This document shows, one piece after another, positions 44,190 to 57,905 of a stretch of DNA of 64,000 bases. Source of the DNA: Chrysomallon squamiferum (taxonomy: Eukaryota > Animalia > Mollusca); the NCBI GenBank assembly GCA_012295275.1, contig CM022667.1:5208001-5272000 (forward strand), in the 5' to 3' direction. The first letter of the stretch is position 1. The number at the start of each line of letters is the position of its first letter. Under the pieces are notes generated by a model. That model was given only the letters and a program-made list of their open reading frames with translations, was not told where the DNA came from and did not search any database. Position numbers and translations under genes: made by a program.

Positions 44190-44562
44190 TCATTTATATA
44201 TATAATGAAAACAAAATAAAACAATATGTTTGAATAGCAGAAGTGCTCTGTATATGTATATAGAAATATACTTTCTTCCCACTATATGTGCATGCATTCT
44301 CTTTCAGTATTGTAAGACTGAATTGAAATGCATGCTCATATAGTGGCAAGAAAATGCTATTCAAACATATTGTTTTATTTTGTTTTCATTATATATATAA
44401 TGAAAACAAAATATATATATAATGATGACAAAATAAAACAATATGTTTGAATAGCAGGAGTGCTCTGTGTATGTATGTAGAAATATGCCACTATATGTGC
44501 ATGCATTCTCTTTCATTATTGTGAGACTGAATTGAAATTCATGCATATATAGTGGCAAGAAA
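44190..44562. repeat. Direct duplication with an intervening inverted copy (28-bp perfect arms 44355-44382 / 44429-44456)
   Basis: tgctattcaaacatattgttttattttg ... caaaataaaacaatatgtttgaatagca. Confidence 0.8.
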
Positions 44563-45109
44563 AATTGTTCTTCTTCTTCTTTTAATCCTTTAATACTGTG
44601 TAGAGTCCTCTACATTTTAAAATAATAAAATAAAATATGAGAAGACATAACGGTTAAAATTGGGGTAGAGATAACTGAGTAGATTTTACATATGAGCAAA
44701 ACATGGCATGGAGTTATAGACTATAATAATATAGAGTAATCGCCCACAGAAACTGATATGAAGTCAACATCTTTGAGCTCTGTTCAGATATGAAGATCGT
44801 CACATCGGTATTGTCAGCATTCAGCTTCAGCATGTTACAGTGAGAACAGCAGAACATGCACTTTGGTGTTGTTACCGCTTAAAACAGTGTCTTCCGAAAA
44901 GACAGACGTCCCATAACGCAGACGTATGAAAACAACACAAGACACGGTTGAGCGATTACTAATGATCTGCCGTGTACCTTGAATAATACATGTAGTTAAT
45001 AATGGAATAGTCTGAAACAACTAAATACAGAACACAGAACAAAATTATAAAAATTAGATTTATTTAAAGATTTTAACGCGTCCATTTGACGCCTTCTTAT
45101 CCTAATTTT

Positions 45110-46110
45110 AAAAGATGTCCAACGGCATCCATGAACTGAATGGGTGTTTTCTGGCCAAGGGTTAGCTGTGCCGTCAGTCTCACGAGTCTGTTTTCTTCTG
45201 TTTATAAAGTCTCTTTCTTAGTGGTCGGATAGATCCAATGTTGTTTACTTGTCTCAATTTAACACGTTCTGATGTTTCTATTCCTTTCATCAATTCAACA
45301 AACTTGTATGTATTTGGATGGCGAAGTGGAATTGACCAGTTCATTCTGGAATGAAAACCCTCCAGATTATTGGTTGTACCTGGGCCGGTGGTCAGATGAT
45401 GGTTTCACAAAATCCAAGGAAATCTTTAATTGGAGGAAAAGATGATTGTAGTACATGATTGTTGTACATGATTATAGTACACGATTCTTCAACAGACTGA
45501 ACACTCTACTGTATGCTATTCTCTGTTTGTTGAGAAGAAGAGCAGACACACAGGGATACTTAGTGGCTCCGTCCACAGCATGGATGATATGTAATTGTTT
45601 CCACAATGCTGGACAAGAAGATAAAGTTCTGTCCATAAAAATGGATTCTGAAGCCTGTAGAGCTACGATTTGTTCGTCTGTCGAAAAAACAAGAATGTTA
45701 TCTTCATTTCCATGCTAATTAAAATTTATCATCTTCCGTCATTTGTCTTTATCCATGGTTCTTCCATGATGACTTCGGCTCTAGTCTGTGGTAGGGCAGG
45801 AATGAGAAGTCGTCTCTCTCTATACAGTGCACTGCTCATAATGGGAAAGGAAGGCAAATGAGGAACAATTTCTGATGCTTGCTTTGCAACCTCATCATTG
45901 TATATTTTCTGCACTGGTGTCGTTTCTTCTCTTACTCGATTCCGTAGTGTGCTAACAAACCGAGCAACATTCCAGTCATTTGGAAGATGGACGTGTTCTG
46001 AATAAAATCGCCGACAGTGGTGCACTTCCCGGTACACGTTTCTACCACGCATCTCCAGTGAAAGCTTTCCCCTCTGGTGCGATTCGTTACAAATAGAATT
46101 CTTTCCAGTA
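45110..46110 (-). mobile_element. Degenerate MULE/Mutator-like transposase remnant
   Basis: Minus-strand fragments FMDRTLSSCPALWKQLHIIHAV (like MULE xDGTF..P..QLY.IH) and TTNNLEGFHSRMN...HPNTYKFVELMK (typical MULE C-terminal motif); stops and frameshifts. Confidence 0.75.
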
Positions 46111-46739
46111 TTATATGTGGTCTACCTTTTTGTGACTGACCACATTATACCCTTGTAAGATCGGCCATGATCTGAATCAGTTTTAGTAAGTGCATGTAGT
46201 TAATGTAGAAGAACTGTTATAATGTTGTGTCTGTGATTAGCTATGATTTAAATCCACGATCAATCAGAGACATAATATCATTGATATATAAACAATTTTT
46301 ACCTGAAGTGAAATGTTGCAGTGGAGAAGCCCATGAGCTAAACTCCCAAAACACAGTATCTTTACATTTATTAATTTTGTTTAGTAGATTACAATTACGT
46401 TCTCCTAGTTGTTAGTGTGGAACTGGTAGATATAACCACAACAACAGGCGGTAGCTTGCTGAACAGACAGGTGCAGTACCACTAAAGCAGTCAGAGGTGT
46501 ACAGGATGCATTACAAAGAGTTTTGTCTATCAAATGGCATGTCTGCATTATGTCTGTCTCTTGGCACCAGATACCAGACGTCACACGCACATCACGTGAC
46601 ACTGCCGATTAATATGAAATTCCTCGTAAACAGTTATCCAGGCATATTCAGACTGATATCCGTTTAGTAAACAAAGAATAATGTTTGCGTTTTTAGTTTG
46701 GCATTTATTGAATTATATAATTTTGTTTCGATTCCATAT

Positions 46740-46774
<35 letters not shown>

Positions 46775-47276
46775 CTTATATAAATATATGATTATAATTC
46801 AAGTTTGGTTGAGCAATGCAAAAATTCCCTTTGTTTCTTTCTTTTTCACTTATTTTTATCTTTTCACTTTATTCTTTCTTCTTATATATATATATTTTAT
46901 TTTTTTTCAACTTTAATTGTTGTTTTTTGTTGATTTTTATTTGTTCCTTTTCCTTATTTTTTTAAATTATGCATGATTTAAAATTATATTTCCACCATGA
47001 TTTCATTATTGCAACTATTGCAGTATTATATTCAAATTAAGATCATAATTTAGCATCATGTGAAGAATGCTGAGTTTTCTACTTTCTTATTTATTGCCTT
47101 ACTACATTTAGATTATGAATTTATGACGACATTTCAACTGTGTATATTTTTCACAGTTTTCAGCTTATCGGAAATTCAGAATTTAATTTATTGAACATAA
47201 AGATTGTCTCAGATTGGACAGAAACAAGTTTGTTTTTCAACTACTTCAATTATAATCAAATATAATAGACTTTAAT

Positions 47277-47327
<51 letters not shown>

Positions 47328-47760
47328 TTATTACTATCATCATCATCGGACACCTGAGCTTGGTTCTAAGATTGTGGCTACTAGAATAAAATGAAAAATG
47401 ACGAAAATGTTTGGGTTTTTTTCGTTTTTTTTTTTAACACTTTATTACTAAAAAACAACCTTATAACAAAGAGGTATTTATATTTTTAAAGTATTAACAA
47501 GAACTGAAATGTAATTACCAAACAAGTAGTATGACTTAGTATCTTGAAGGACATTTTATACTATCATAAAAATTATCACAAATACAGAAACATAAACACA
47601 AAAACTAGACAAACAAATTCAAACATAATAATGAGACACACACGCATACAGACTTTGACAGAAACACTCGGACACATAAAGCAATGAAAATATATATATA
47701 TATATTAAAGTTAAACTGTAATTGAAATTAACCACAAATCAAATAAGTGTTTCTGTTCTG

Positions 47761-47896
47761 TTACTGTGAAACGATATTGCTTCTGTTAAACTTGTCAGCT
47801 TCAAAAGCAGGGTTGTCAAACGATTTGTTTACTTCTGTTGTTGAGCCAAACCTATTCTCAGGAAATGTTTCGTAAACAACTTTGAGTTTCCTGAAC
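47761..47896 (-). CDS. Terminal cytoplasmic-tail exon (FRKLKVVYETFPENRFGSTTEVNKSFDNPAFEADKFNRSNIVSQ*)
   Basis: ctttcacag acceptor, 136 nt to TAA, colinear with 28730-28865. Confidence 0.85.
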
Positions 47897-48072
47897 CTGT
47901 GAAAGAAATTATAATTTAATTTCATTTTTCTTTTTTTAAAATAGTGGCACTACTATAAACCTGACGTGTGAAATACAGATGTCTGTCTTTATGTTTCCAA
48001 ACACACACAGACACAAATAAAACAACAGAGGAGAATAAACAACGAAACTGGATATGATATACATTTTAAACG

Positions 48073-48114
<42 letters not shown>

Positions 48115-48246
48115 TAATTTAGTTTAGTTTTTCTTTGTTGGGGGCGGGTACTTTCGATTTAAGTTAATAAATGTGTCTTCTAAACATTTTCTATATCCAT
48201 AAAGAAACAGTGCAACAAGATCCACAAGACAGACAGACAGACAGAC

Positions 48247-48358
<112 letters not shown>

Positions 48359-48667
48359 TGTTTTTGTTATGTTTGTAAAACAGTTTGCTAGATAATTATT
48401 ACTTGAGCCATATGTTTTGGTGAAGTCGCTCATATATAAAGATTTTAATTTTAGATTTTAACTTCACTTAAAAGTGATTGTCAAACGATGCATATAACAA
48501 TGAATATGATTGTCTTGCTTGATAACGTCTGCAGAAATTTACCTCAAAAGAATTCTATTTTTGTTTCAACTACATTATGCATAAGATGTAAAGGATTTCT
48601 CATCTTTAGAGTATAATATCATGAGGTTATTTTTACACACATATATATATGTAAAAATAACCTAATG

Positions 48668-48699
<32 letters not shown>

Positions 48700-48882
48700 T
48701 TGAATTGTGCTATGTATGGATAATATTGGACTGTGAAATGAATTTTTCACTGAACATTTATAATGAATTGCAACCTGGCGTACGGTTAATATTGGACTGT
48801 GAAATGAATTTTAACTATCTTCATATAGTAATTTTGTTTAAGGAAAAAATTTAATAAAAAGTTAAAATTTCCAAGATGCAAC

Positions 48883-48940
48883 CAGGAAAAAATACAAACA
48901 AAAACAAAACAACAAACAAAAACTGAGATAATATATATAG
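48883..48940 (-). CDS. Candidate transmembrane exon (AIYIISVFVCCFVFVCIFSW)
   Basis: ttctctag acceptor, 58 nt phase 1-2 fits neighbours, but donor GTTGCA is weak and sequence is low complexity. Confidence 0.3.
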
Positions 48941-48977
48941 CTAGAGAATAATAATAATAATAATAATAATAATGATG

Positions 48978-49029
<52 letters not shown>

Positions 49030-49261
49030 CAATAGACTTCAGAATCTATATTAGCGCTGTACTCAGAGAAACATAAACAAAGACACAGGCTGCATATAGT
49101 ACCATAATTATAACAAAAATTACATACACACAGTTTATGTAATAAACGATTATACATAATGGATTAATATTAATCATAAGGCGTTTCTGGATCAGTTTCA
49201 TTCACTTAGACATATACGAAGCTATTTTAATATTATTAATTCTTAATAACAAATTGATGAG

Positions 49262-49460
49262 TTAAAGGTTTCTTCCAATAAAAAGATATGATATACGTTC
49301 TTCTATGATCGCTATATTGGGGTATACTAATAGCATAAAGTAACCGTCTTCAGTTTCGTTTAGAATGCAATAAGTACATGTTGTATGTCTCCTATACGTT
49401 TTTCTATATATTCCAGTTTCTATCGCTAATGAATGTCCTATCAATCTAGGTTTAGTTAAT
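49262..49460 (-). mobile_element. Non-LTR retrotransposon ORF2 C-terminal remnant
   Basis: HSLAIETGIY...CTYCILNETEDGYFMLLVYP resembles the HxLxIExGR...CxxC...EDExHFLxxCP end of LINE ORF2. Confidence 0.65.
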
Positions 49461-50348
49461 AAACAGCAATTACGTTTTGTAATATTCTAAATAAAAATTA
49501 TTTAGACTGATCAGAAATGCTAATTTTAACTAATATTAATGAACAGAACAACAACGACAACAGCAACACATAGGCACATGTATCCACACATATATAATAT
49601 ATACATACATACATGTAAAACACACACACACACAGATACACCAATCTGTTATTTACAAATAGTTGACTTACCCATATATTAGAAAAGCGCAATGACATAA
49701 ATTTATTCATTTTTTGTTTGTTTGTTTGTTGTTTGCTTTTTGTTAGAAAAGATACCCAATTAACATTGAAAACATTGGTTTCGTGTTACTTGTGATATGT
49801 GTATCAAAAATATGTAAGACTGTTTTACTTTTACAAAGGTTTACTTTTAAACTACATAAAGCTTTACGACCTTGGACTGTCAGTGTCTCTGAAAAGAAAC
49901 ATAAAAGCAACCCCCGGAAAAAAACAACAACACAAAAACAAACATCTTTAGTGCATTAATAGAATTTAACTGTTGTGCATTTCAGAATGAATACTCAATA
50001 AAAACACCAACTTCAACTAACTGACGTTCGTCTAGATTAAGCTATGTTTTCCTGGATTACCAGACACTGTGTACAACATATTGATATAATACAGTAATAA
50101 AACACTAGTAGCTGTATAATTTTACGTTATTCGTGTTCAAAAAGCAGATTTGCCAGAAGTCCGTAGATGGGATGTTGGCGATTATTTCCTGATAAAAACA
50201 AAAGTTTATTAACAAAGTGTGGGAATACCCGATACAATGTGTAATTACAATATCAACCATTCTCGTGAAATACCCTACATCCAGATGGCGTTACGTAATT
50301 AACTAATCACAAAAACACTTGTGGATATCAATGTATTTGATCAGGCAT

Positions 50349-50381
<33 letters not shown>

Positions 50382-50648
50382 AAAAAAAAAGACAAACAAA
50401 ACACAAAACAAACAAACAACAAAACAAAAAATAACAACATGAGAAACAGCACCACCACCAACAACAACTACAACAACAAAAATAGATAATCCCCACCACA
50501 CAAGAAAATAATATAACCGTCTTTTACCCATCATCGCTTTCATTATTTATGAGTATGGCACAACATTATGCAATAATAAAATAGAAAAAGAACGCTTCAC
50601 TGCCGATAATAAGATTTTCAAGCATGCTACTACTACTACCACTACTTA

Positions 50649-50728
<80 letters not shown>

Positions 50729-51031
50729 TTATAATGGCAGTAACAACGGTAACATGGAAAAACAACATTCGGCTCCCATTACAAGTAAAAAAAAAAAAAA
50801 AATGGTACTACCGTATTAGTAGAATTAATTGCACTAACACTCTAACAGTACTAAAATTAATGTCATTACTACTACCATATGAAAGATATTGCTACTTCTA
50901 CCAATTATACCAAATACAACAGCAACTAGTATTTATTACGCGAATAAAATTAATAATCAATAACCTTCTTTTATATTTATTTATTTATAAACAGTACACA
51001 TTATATAAAACGAAACATAAAAACAACCTAC

Positions 51032-51076
51032 CAAGAAAAGTTTTTGTTGCGGAAGATTTGGCACTGAAAGGACGGT
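51032..51076 (-). CDS. 45-nt juxtamembrane exon (NRPFSAKSSATKTFL)
   Basis: ttttccag/GTAGGT, phase 1-1; paralogue of 29716-29760. Confidence 0.75.
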
Positions 51077-51370
51077 CTGGAAAAGCGAAATAACAACAAA
51101 AGTAATCATTATGGAAATAATAATGATAATAAGGCACGCGTGCTCTCACACATTCATACATCAGATGTTACTACGGTGACAACGAAGTAGATAAGATACC
51201 CATTCTCGTGTTTAAACGCTCTTTTTTATATATAAATGGTAAACAAGGAAAATATTTAGGTAACTAAATAAATAAATTAAAGGAAGTGAATACAGAAGTT
51301 GCAGACGAACTAAAGCAAGGGGAAAAAATCAGAGAGAGAGAGAGAGAGAATTCGTTGAAAAAATACTCAC

Positions 51371-51397
51371 TCCTATGTTCTTCAGCGACCGAAGTTT
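51371..51397 (-). CDS. 27-nt stalk microexon (ETSVAEEHR)
   Basis: cag/GTGAGT, phase 1-1. Confidence 0.6.
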
Positions 51398-51580
51398 CTG
51401 TCCAAGACATTTAAAACAATATATATATATAATTTGCATGAAGCAATACAGTTAGAGAGATAAGAAAAAAGTGGATATAGATTGAGAATAAGAATGGTAA
51501 AAAACAACAGCAATGTTTAGTTCCAGAAAGATACGTACGTATATAGAGTTATGAACATTTTTAGAGAATGGAGACCTTAC

Positions 51581-51607
51581 CGTGACGATTCTCCGTCCCA
51601 AAGCTTT
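51581..51607 (-). CDS. 27-nt stalk microexon (QSFGTENRH)
   Basis: tcttcag/GTAAGG, phase 1-1. Confidence 0.7.
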
Positions 51608-51613
51608 CTGAAG

Positions 51614-51664
<51 letters not shown>

Positions 51665-51897
51665 GTAAGAAGAAGAAGAAGAAGAGTAAAAGCAAGAATG
51701 TCATGCCACAACAAAGAAGAAGAAAACAACAAAATAAAACAACAATAATAAGAAGAAGAACAATAAGAAAACTAGCATCAAAATTTAAAGATGATGACCA
51801 TAGGAGATGATGATTATTATGGTGATGACGACGATGATGATAATAACCGTAATAACAAAAAATACAATATATATATTTTTGTTCTGATGATACTTAC

Positions 51898-51924
51898 GAC
51901 TATAATCCACATCCTGAGAAGTCC
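51898..51924 (-). CDS. 27-nt stalk microexon (GTSQDVDYS)
   Basis: ttctccag/GTAAGT, phase 1-1. Confidence 0.8.
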
Positions 51925-52059
51925 CTGGAGAAGATATCAAAGAAATAGAAAAGTAAATAAATAAATGAATAAATACATTTATGACGCTACCACTAGGCAG
52001 TGTTTCTTGTAAAATAAATATTATATTTGACTAGTAGGAAACACATTCAGCAGTGCGCG

Positions 52060-52103
<44 letters not shown>

Positions 52104-52430
52104 AACACACACGCACACACACACACAGACAGGCGCGCAAAAACAACAAAAAACACAACAAATTATAAATCAAAAGAAAAAAGAGAGGAAAACTCTATAA
52201 GAATAAAACTGGTTGCATTTTTGTTACTTTTGTTGTTGTTGTTATTCTTCTGCTTCTTGTTGTTTTTATTATTGTTGTTGTCCATGCTATTATTGTACTT
52301 TTTTCGTTTTTTTGTTGTTGTTTTGTGTTTTTGTTGTTGTTATTAAATATGAAATAATGAAATGCTAATGGCATGCTTGTTATATAAAAAAAAAAAAATA
52401 AATAAAATAAAATAAAATAAACATTCTTAC

Positions 52431-52445
52431 CAACAGTTCGAGTCT
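52431..52445 (-). CDS. 15-nt stalk microexon (ETRTV)
   Basis: ttccatag/GTAAGA, phase 1-1. Confidence 0.7.
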
Positions 52446-52493
52446 CTATGGAAATTTATAACAAAAGAAAAGAATAATAGTGAAAATATATTT

Positions 52494-52532
<39 letters not shown>

Positions 52533-52919
52533 CATATTATCATTGTGATGTCTTTCTGTTTCAAAAGATACTGATGATGAACTAGTATAGATAAATAAAT
52601 AATGAATAGTGAGTACACAAAATAAATAATTAAAAAAAAATAAATAAAAGTACAAAGCGAAAACCGAACATCACAAACAATAATGATAATAATTGAATAT
52701 TAACATGATGGATAAAGAAGATTGTCGTTCGTATTTTTTATTACTTTTACCTACTTGTGTTCATTATAGGAAATATAGTATGACTAAAGCATTTGATATA
52801 TTTTATTACTTAAGTACTATTTACAGGAAATGTAATAAGACTACTGTATTTTATCAACTTGTGGTAGTTAACTACAGTTTATAGGAGATGTTAAAAAGAT
52901 TAGCTATAATGAAACTTAC

Positions 52920-52937
52920 CCTGAACAACACTGTCGT
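52920..52937 (-). CDS. 18-nt microexon (DDSVVQ)
   Basis: tttcag/GTAAGT, phase 1-1. Confidence 0.75.
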
Positions 52938-53416
52938 CTGAAATTTATGAGGAAAATAAAACAAATGATAGAGAAAAATTAAAGTAAAATAAATAACTCA
53001 ATAATAATGAAATGTAGTATGGTTTAACCTACTTGTGTTAGTTAGGTACAATTTGCAGCAAATGCACTACGACTAATATATAATGAACAAATTTATCTAT
53101 CTGTGTCTGTTAAGTACCACTTGCACACAAGGCAGCACGCATTTTATCTACTTGAATTAGGTACAATTTATAGGAAATGAGTTATGCATTATTAAGATTG
53201 GTTATTATAAAAGTTAATATCAACAACACTGTGTGCTGTAGGTTGTGAGAATGATAAAACAAATTAACAAACAAATTATGAAAAGAAATTTTTTATAAAG
53301 CTACTAAATATATAGTTATTAAAGAAATAATAAAGTAAATAAATAAAATAAATAAATAATAAAAACAGAAATTAAATATTAAAGAAAACAAGAACAGCAA
53401 CAACAACAACAACAAA

Positions 53417-53471
<55 letters not shown>

Positions 53472-53958
53472 AATAAAATAAATTACAAATAGTAATAGTG
53501 GGAAGAAAAGGTTGCATTTGTTCTTACTGCACTTTTATCCCTTGTCCCTTTTTACATTTTTTATTATTATTTTTTTAATGGTATTTTATATGCTAATGCT
53601 GAATATCTAATAATCAATTGTGAACTACAAGTTCTGAGTCAATAAGTAGCAGAAATTATTTGAATGTATTGCAGTCCTCTAATAAAACTGAGCTGATTAA
53701 TAAAGTGGTATCAACGCATTTCATGTTTATGTAATAAAAGAAAAACCGAAAAACATAAAAAAATAAAAATTATGAGAAATTAAACAAATGAGATAGAAGT
53801 AAAACATCAAATTAAAAGTGAAAGAAAAAAAATATTTTTGTAAAGCATTTCGAACAGTATTAAAATGGTAACAGCAATATTTTACCTTACTGTGTTAGTA
53901 AAGAACAGTTTATAGATATGACTAATTTCTTAATAAGATTCAGTATCACGAAACTTAC

Positions 53959-53976
53959 CATCGATATAACTGGCGA
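53959..53976 (-). CDS. 18-nt microexon (VASYID)
   Basis: ttttcag/GTAAGT, phase 1-1. Confidence 0.8.
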
Positions 53977-54099
53977 CTGAAAAAAAAAAGAAGCAAAATA
54001 GAAACAAATAAAGAAGGAGAAAAATATTAAGTAAATATTAATTTTAAAGAGAAAAATATTTAGTAAAATAAATCAATAAGTAACAACACAACGGAAGTA

Positions 54100-54450
54100 C
54101 TTTATTTGTGTTCATTAAGTACAGTTAATGGGAAATGTACTATGACTGACGGGCCTTATCTACTTGTGCTAGATAAGTACAGTTTACAGTACATGTGGTA
54201 TGACCACCGCATTTTCACTACTTATGTTAGTTAAGTATAGTTTATTGGAAATATTGATTAACTAAGGTAACTTATCAATTTCTGTTACTTAAGTATAGTT
54301 TACAGGAAACGTAGGATGACTCAAGTATTTGATCTTTTTCTGTTAATTAAGTACACTTTACAGGAAAGGCAGTATGTCTAAAATGTTTGTTTTACTTGTG
54401 TAAGGTAAATACAATTGATAGGAAATGTAGTACGACAAATGTAGTAGTAA
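54100..54450. repeat. Degenerate 58-bp intronic minisatellite (about 6 units; recurs in each larger unit)
   Basis: aagtac/aagtat-type core at 54117, 54175, 54233, 54291, 54349, 54407. Confidence 0.75.
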
Positions 54451-54475
54451 TAAGAGTAGGTATGACGAAACTTAC

Positions 54476-54493
54476 CCTCCATCTCGCTGTCGT
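54476..54493 (-). CDS. 18-nt microexon (DDSEME)
   Basis: ttttcag/GTAAGT, phase 1-1. Confidence 0.8.
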
Positions 54494-55597
54494 CTGAAAA
54501 TTGTGAGGAAAAATAAAAGAAATAAAGAAAATATATTATCAAAGAAATAATGATATTAAAGAAAAAGGTAAAGTACAATAAATAAATCAACACTAATGAA
54601 AGAAGTAAGAATATTGCCAAAGAAACAGTGATACTAAAGAAAAAGGAAAAGTACAATAAATAAATCAACAATAATAAAACATGAAGCTAAGTATTAAGAA
54701 AAGAAGAAAACATTGAAAAGAAAAACGACCAGCAACAAAAACAAAAGTTATAATAATAAAAGCCTGTTAACTTTATGGATTAGGAGTGATACCTTTAGGA
54801 CTTTTCATTATTTATTTCCAATTACTTCTTTCTGTTTAAATTATTATTGTTGTTGTTGTTTTTATTATTATTATTATTATTATTACTATTATTACTGTTG
54901 TTGTTGTTGTTGTTACTATTATTATTGTTATTATGTCAATATCTTTACCTCTATATACATCTGCATCTATATATAATTTTGTATCGATGGTATTTTATAT
55001 ACCGAGGCTGAATTATATATAGTAGTTAATTGTGAACTATAATTTGTGTGTGGATAAGTAACAGAACTTATTCGAATGTATTGCATTTCTCTAATAAATT
55101 TAAAGAGAATAAAAAAGTTGTATAAACGCGTTTCGTGGTTAAGTAATAAAAGTAAATTTTAATTTTATTTTATTTAAGTTGAGCTGCAATGAACTACGAA
55201 ACAATTACAAGTCCAGATGTCAAGATTTATCTACTGTCAATTAGAAAATGTATGACGTAAATTAACATTACTATCATTGTCTATATTTTCAGATGATATA
55301 ACAAAAATAAAATAAATAAAGCGTAAATAGACAATTAAATGGTATAATAAACATTTATAATAATATTGAACAAAAATATGGAAATCGAATAAAATAAAAA
55401 TTTAAAGAAATTAAACGGATGAGATAGAAATACAATATTAAAATATAACTGAAAAAAAAAAAAAAAAAAAAAAGAAATTGAAATGTATTACGAGGAGATT
55501 ACAGTTATAACAGCAGTATTTTACCTATCTGTGTTCTTGAAGTACAGTTTATAGGTATCACTAATTTCCTATTAAGATTTAGTTTCAGGAAACTTAC

Positions 55598-55615
55598 CAT
55601 CGAGATCACTGTCGA
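55598..55615 (-). CDS. 18-nt microexon (VDSDLD)
   Basis: ttttcag/GTAAGT, phase 1-1. Confidence 0.8.
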
Positions 55616-56317
55616 CTGAAAAGTCTTAGGAAGAAAATAAAAGCAAAGTAGAAACAAATAAAGGAGGAAAAAATATTATCAATTTATAAAGTAAATGGTA
55701 ATATTAAAGAGTAATAACAATAAAAACTAATACAAATTATGGATTAACACAGTTACATATAGCACTTTTCATTATATATTTTGAATTACTTCTTTCTTTC
55801 TAAATTATTGATGTTTTTTTTAATTATTTTTACTGTCTATATATACATATATGTGTGTTTGTGTGTGTGTATGTGTGTGTGTCAGCGTGTGTGTTTGTGT
55901 GTGTGTGCCTATAGATACATACATTCATATGCATCTACATGTGAAGAGAAATATATATATATCTATATATATAAAGGAGAACTATAATTTTTGTGTGGAT
56001 AAGCATCCGAAAATTATTGTAATGTATTGCAGTTCTCTAATAAAATTAAGCAGATTAATGAAGTAGTATCAACGCATTTGACTTTTGTGTAATAAAAGTA
56101 AAAATTCAAATAGAATTAAATAAAAGTTAAGAGAAATTAGACGAATGCGGTAGAAATAAAATATTAAATCAAGAAATCAAAAAATATATACATATATCTG
56201 TAAAGTATTACGAGCAGATTACAGTGGTACCAACAGTATTTCGCCTAACTCTGTTCGTTAAGTTAAGTTAATAGGTATCACTAACTTTCTAATTAGATCG
56301 AATATCACGAAACTTAC

Positions 56318-56335
56318 CATCGACATCACTGGCGA
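56318..56335 (-). CDS. 18-nt microexon (VASDVD)
   Basis: ttttcag/GTAAGT, phase 1-1. Confidence 0.8.
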
Positions 56336-56838
56336 CTGAAAAGTGTTAGGAAGACAATAAAAGAAATATAGAAACAAATAAAGAAGGAAACATTTGGTAA
56401 AAAATTATAAAGTAAATATAAATACTCTAATGAAAAAATACAGTGAAATAAACTACTAATTAACAACACAACGGAAGTACTTTATTTGTGTTCATTAAGT
56501 ACAATTAATGGGAAATGTACTATGACTCACGGATCTTATCTACTTGTGTTAGATAAGTACAGTTTACAGTACATGTGGTATGGCTACCCTACTTTCACTA
56601 CTTATGTTAGTTAAGTATAGTTTATTGGAAATATTGATTAACTAAGGTATTTTATCAATTTGTTTTGCTTAAGTATAGTTGACAGGAAACGTATTTTAAC
56701 TTTTTCTCTGAGTTAAGTACAGTTTACAGGAAATGCAGTATGTCTAAAACATTTGTTTTACTTGTGTAAGGTAAGTACAATTGATAGGAAATGTAGTACG
56801 ACAAATGTAGTAATAAGAGTAGGTATAACGAAACTTAC

Positions 56839-56856
56839 CCTCCATCTCGCTGTCGT
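56839..56856 (-). CDS. 18-nt microexon (DDSEME)
   Basis: ttttcag/GTAAGT, phase 1-1. Confidence 0.8.
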
Positions 56857-57887
56857 CTGAAAATTGTGAGGAAAAATAAAAGAAATAAAGACAAAATATT
56901 ATCAAAGAAACAGTCATATTAAAGAAAAAGGAAAAGTACAATAAATAAATCAACAATGATAAAACATGAAGCTAAGTATTAAGAAAAGAAGAAAACATTC
57001 AAAAGAAAAACGACCAGCAACAAAACCAAAAGTTATAATAATAAAAACCTGTTAACTTTATGGATTAGGAGTGTTATCTTTAGGACTTTTCAATATTTAT
57101 TTCCAATTACTTCTTTCTCTTTCAATTATTATTGTTGCTGTTGTTGTTATTATTATTATCATCATCATCATCGTTATTATTATTATTGTTATTATATCAA
57201 TATCTTTACCTCTATATACATCTACATATATATATATATATATAATTTTGTTTCGATGGTATTTTATATACTAAGGCTGAATTATATATATTAGTTAATT
57301 GTGAACTATAATTTGTGTGTGGATAAGTAGCAGAACTTATTCGAATGTATTGCATTTCTCTAATAAAATTTAAAGAGAATAAAAAAGTTGTATAAACACG
57401 TTTCGTGGTTAAGTAATAAAAGTAAATTTTAATTTTATTTTATTTAAGTTGAGCTGCAATGAGCTACGAAACAATTACAAGTCCAGATGTCAAGATTTAT
57501 CTACTGTCAGTTAGAAAATGTATGACGTAAATTAACATTACTATCATTGTCTATATTTTCAGATGATATAACAAAAATAAAATAAATAAAGCGTAAATAG
57601 ACAATTAAATGGTATAATAAACATTTATAATAATATGGAACAAAAATATGGAAATCGAAAAAAAAAAAATTCAAAGAAATTAAACGAATGAGATAGAAAT
57701 ACAATATTAAAATATAACTGAAAGAAAAAAAAAAAAAAAAAAAAATTAAAAAAAAAAAAAAAAAAAATTGAAAAGTATTACGAGGAGATTACAGTTGTAA
57801 CAGCAGTATTTTACCTATCTGTGTTCTTGAAGTACAGTTTATAGGTATCACTAATTTTCTATTAAGATTTAGTTTCAGGAAACTTAC

Positions 57888-57905
57888 CATCGAGATCACT
57901 GTCGA
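57888..57905 (-). CDS. 18-nt microexon (VDSDLD)
   Basis: ttttcag/GTAAGT, phase 1-1. Confidence 0.8.

Noticed and set aside
49868-49888. Possible 21-nt microexon (ETLTVQG) in the right locus
   Set aside because: Single copy, weaker GTAAAG donor, no counterpart between the 45-nt and TM exons of the middle locus; not excluded
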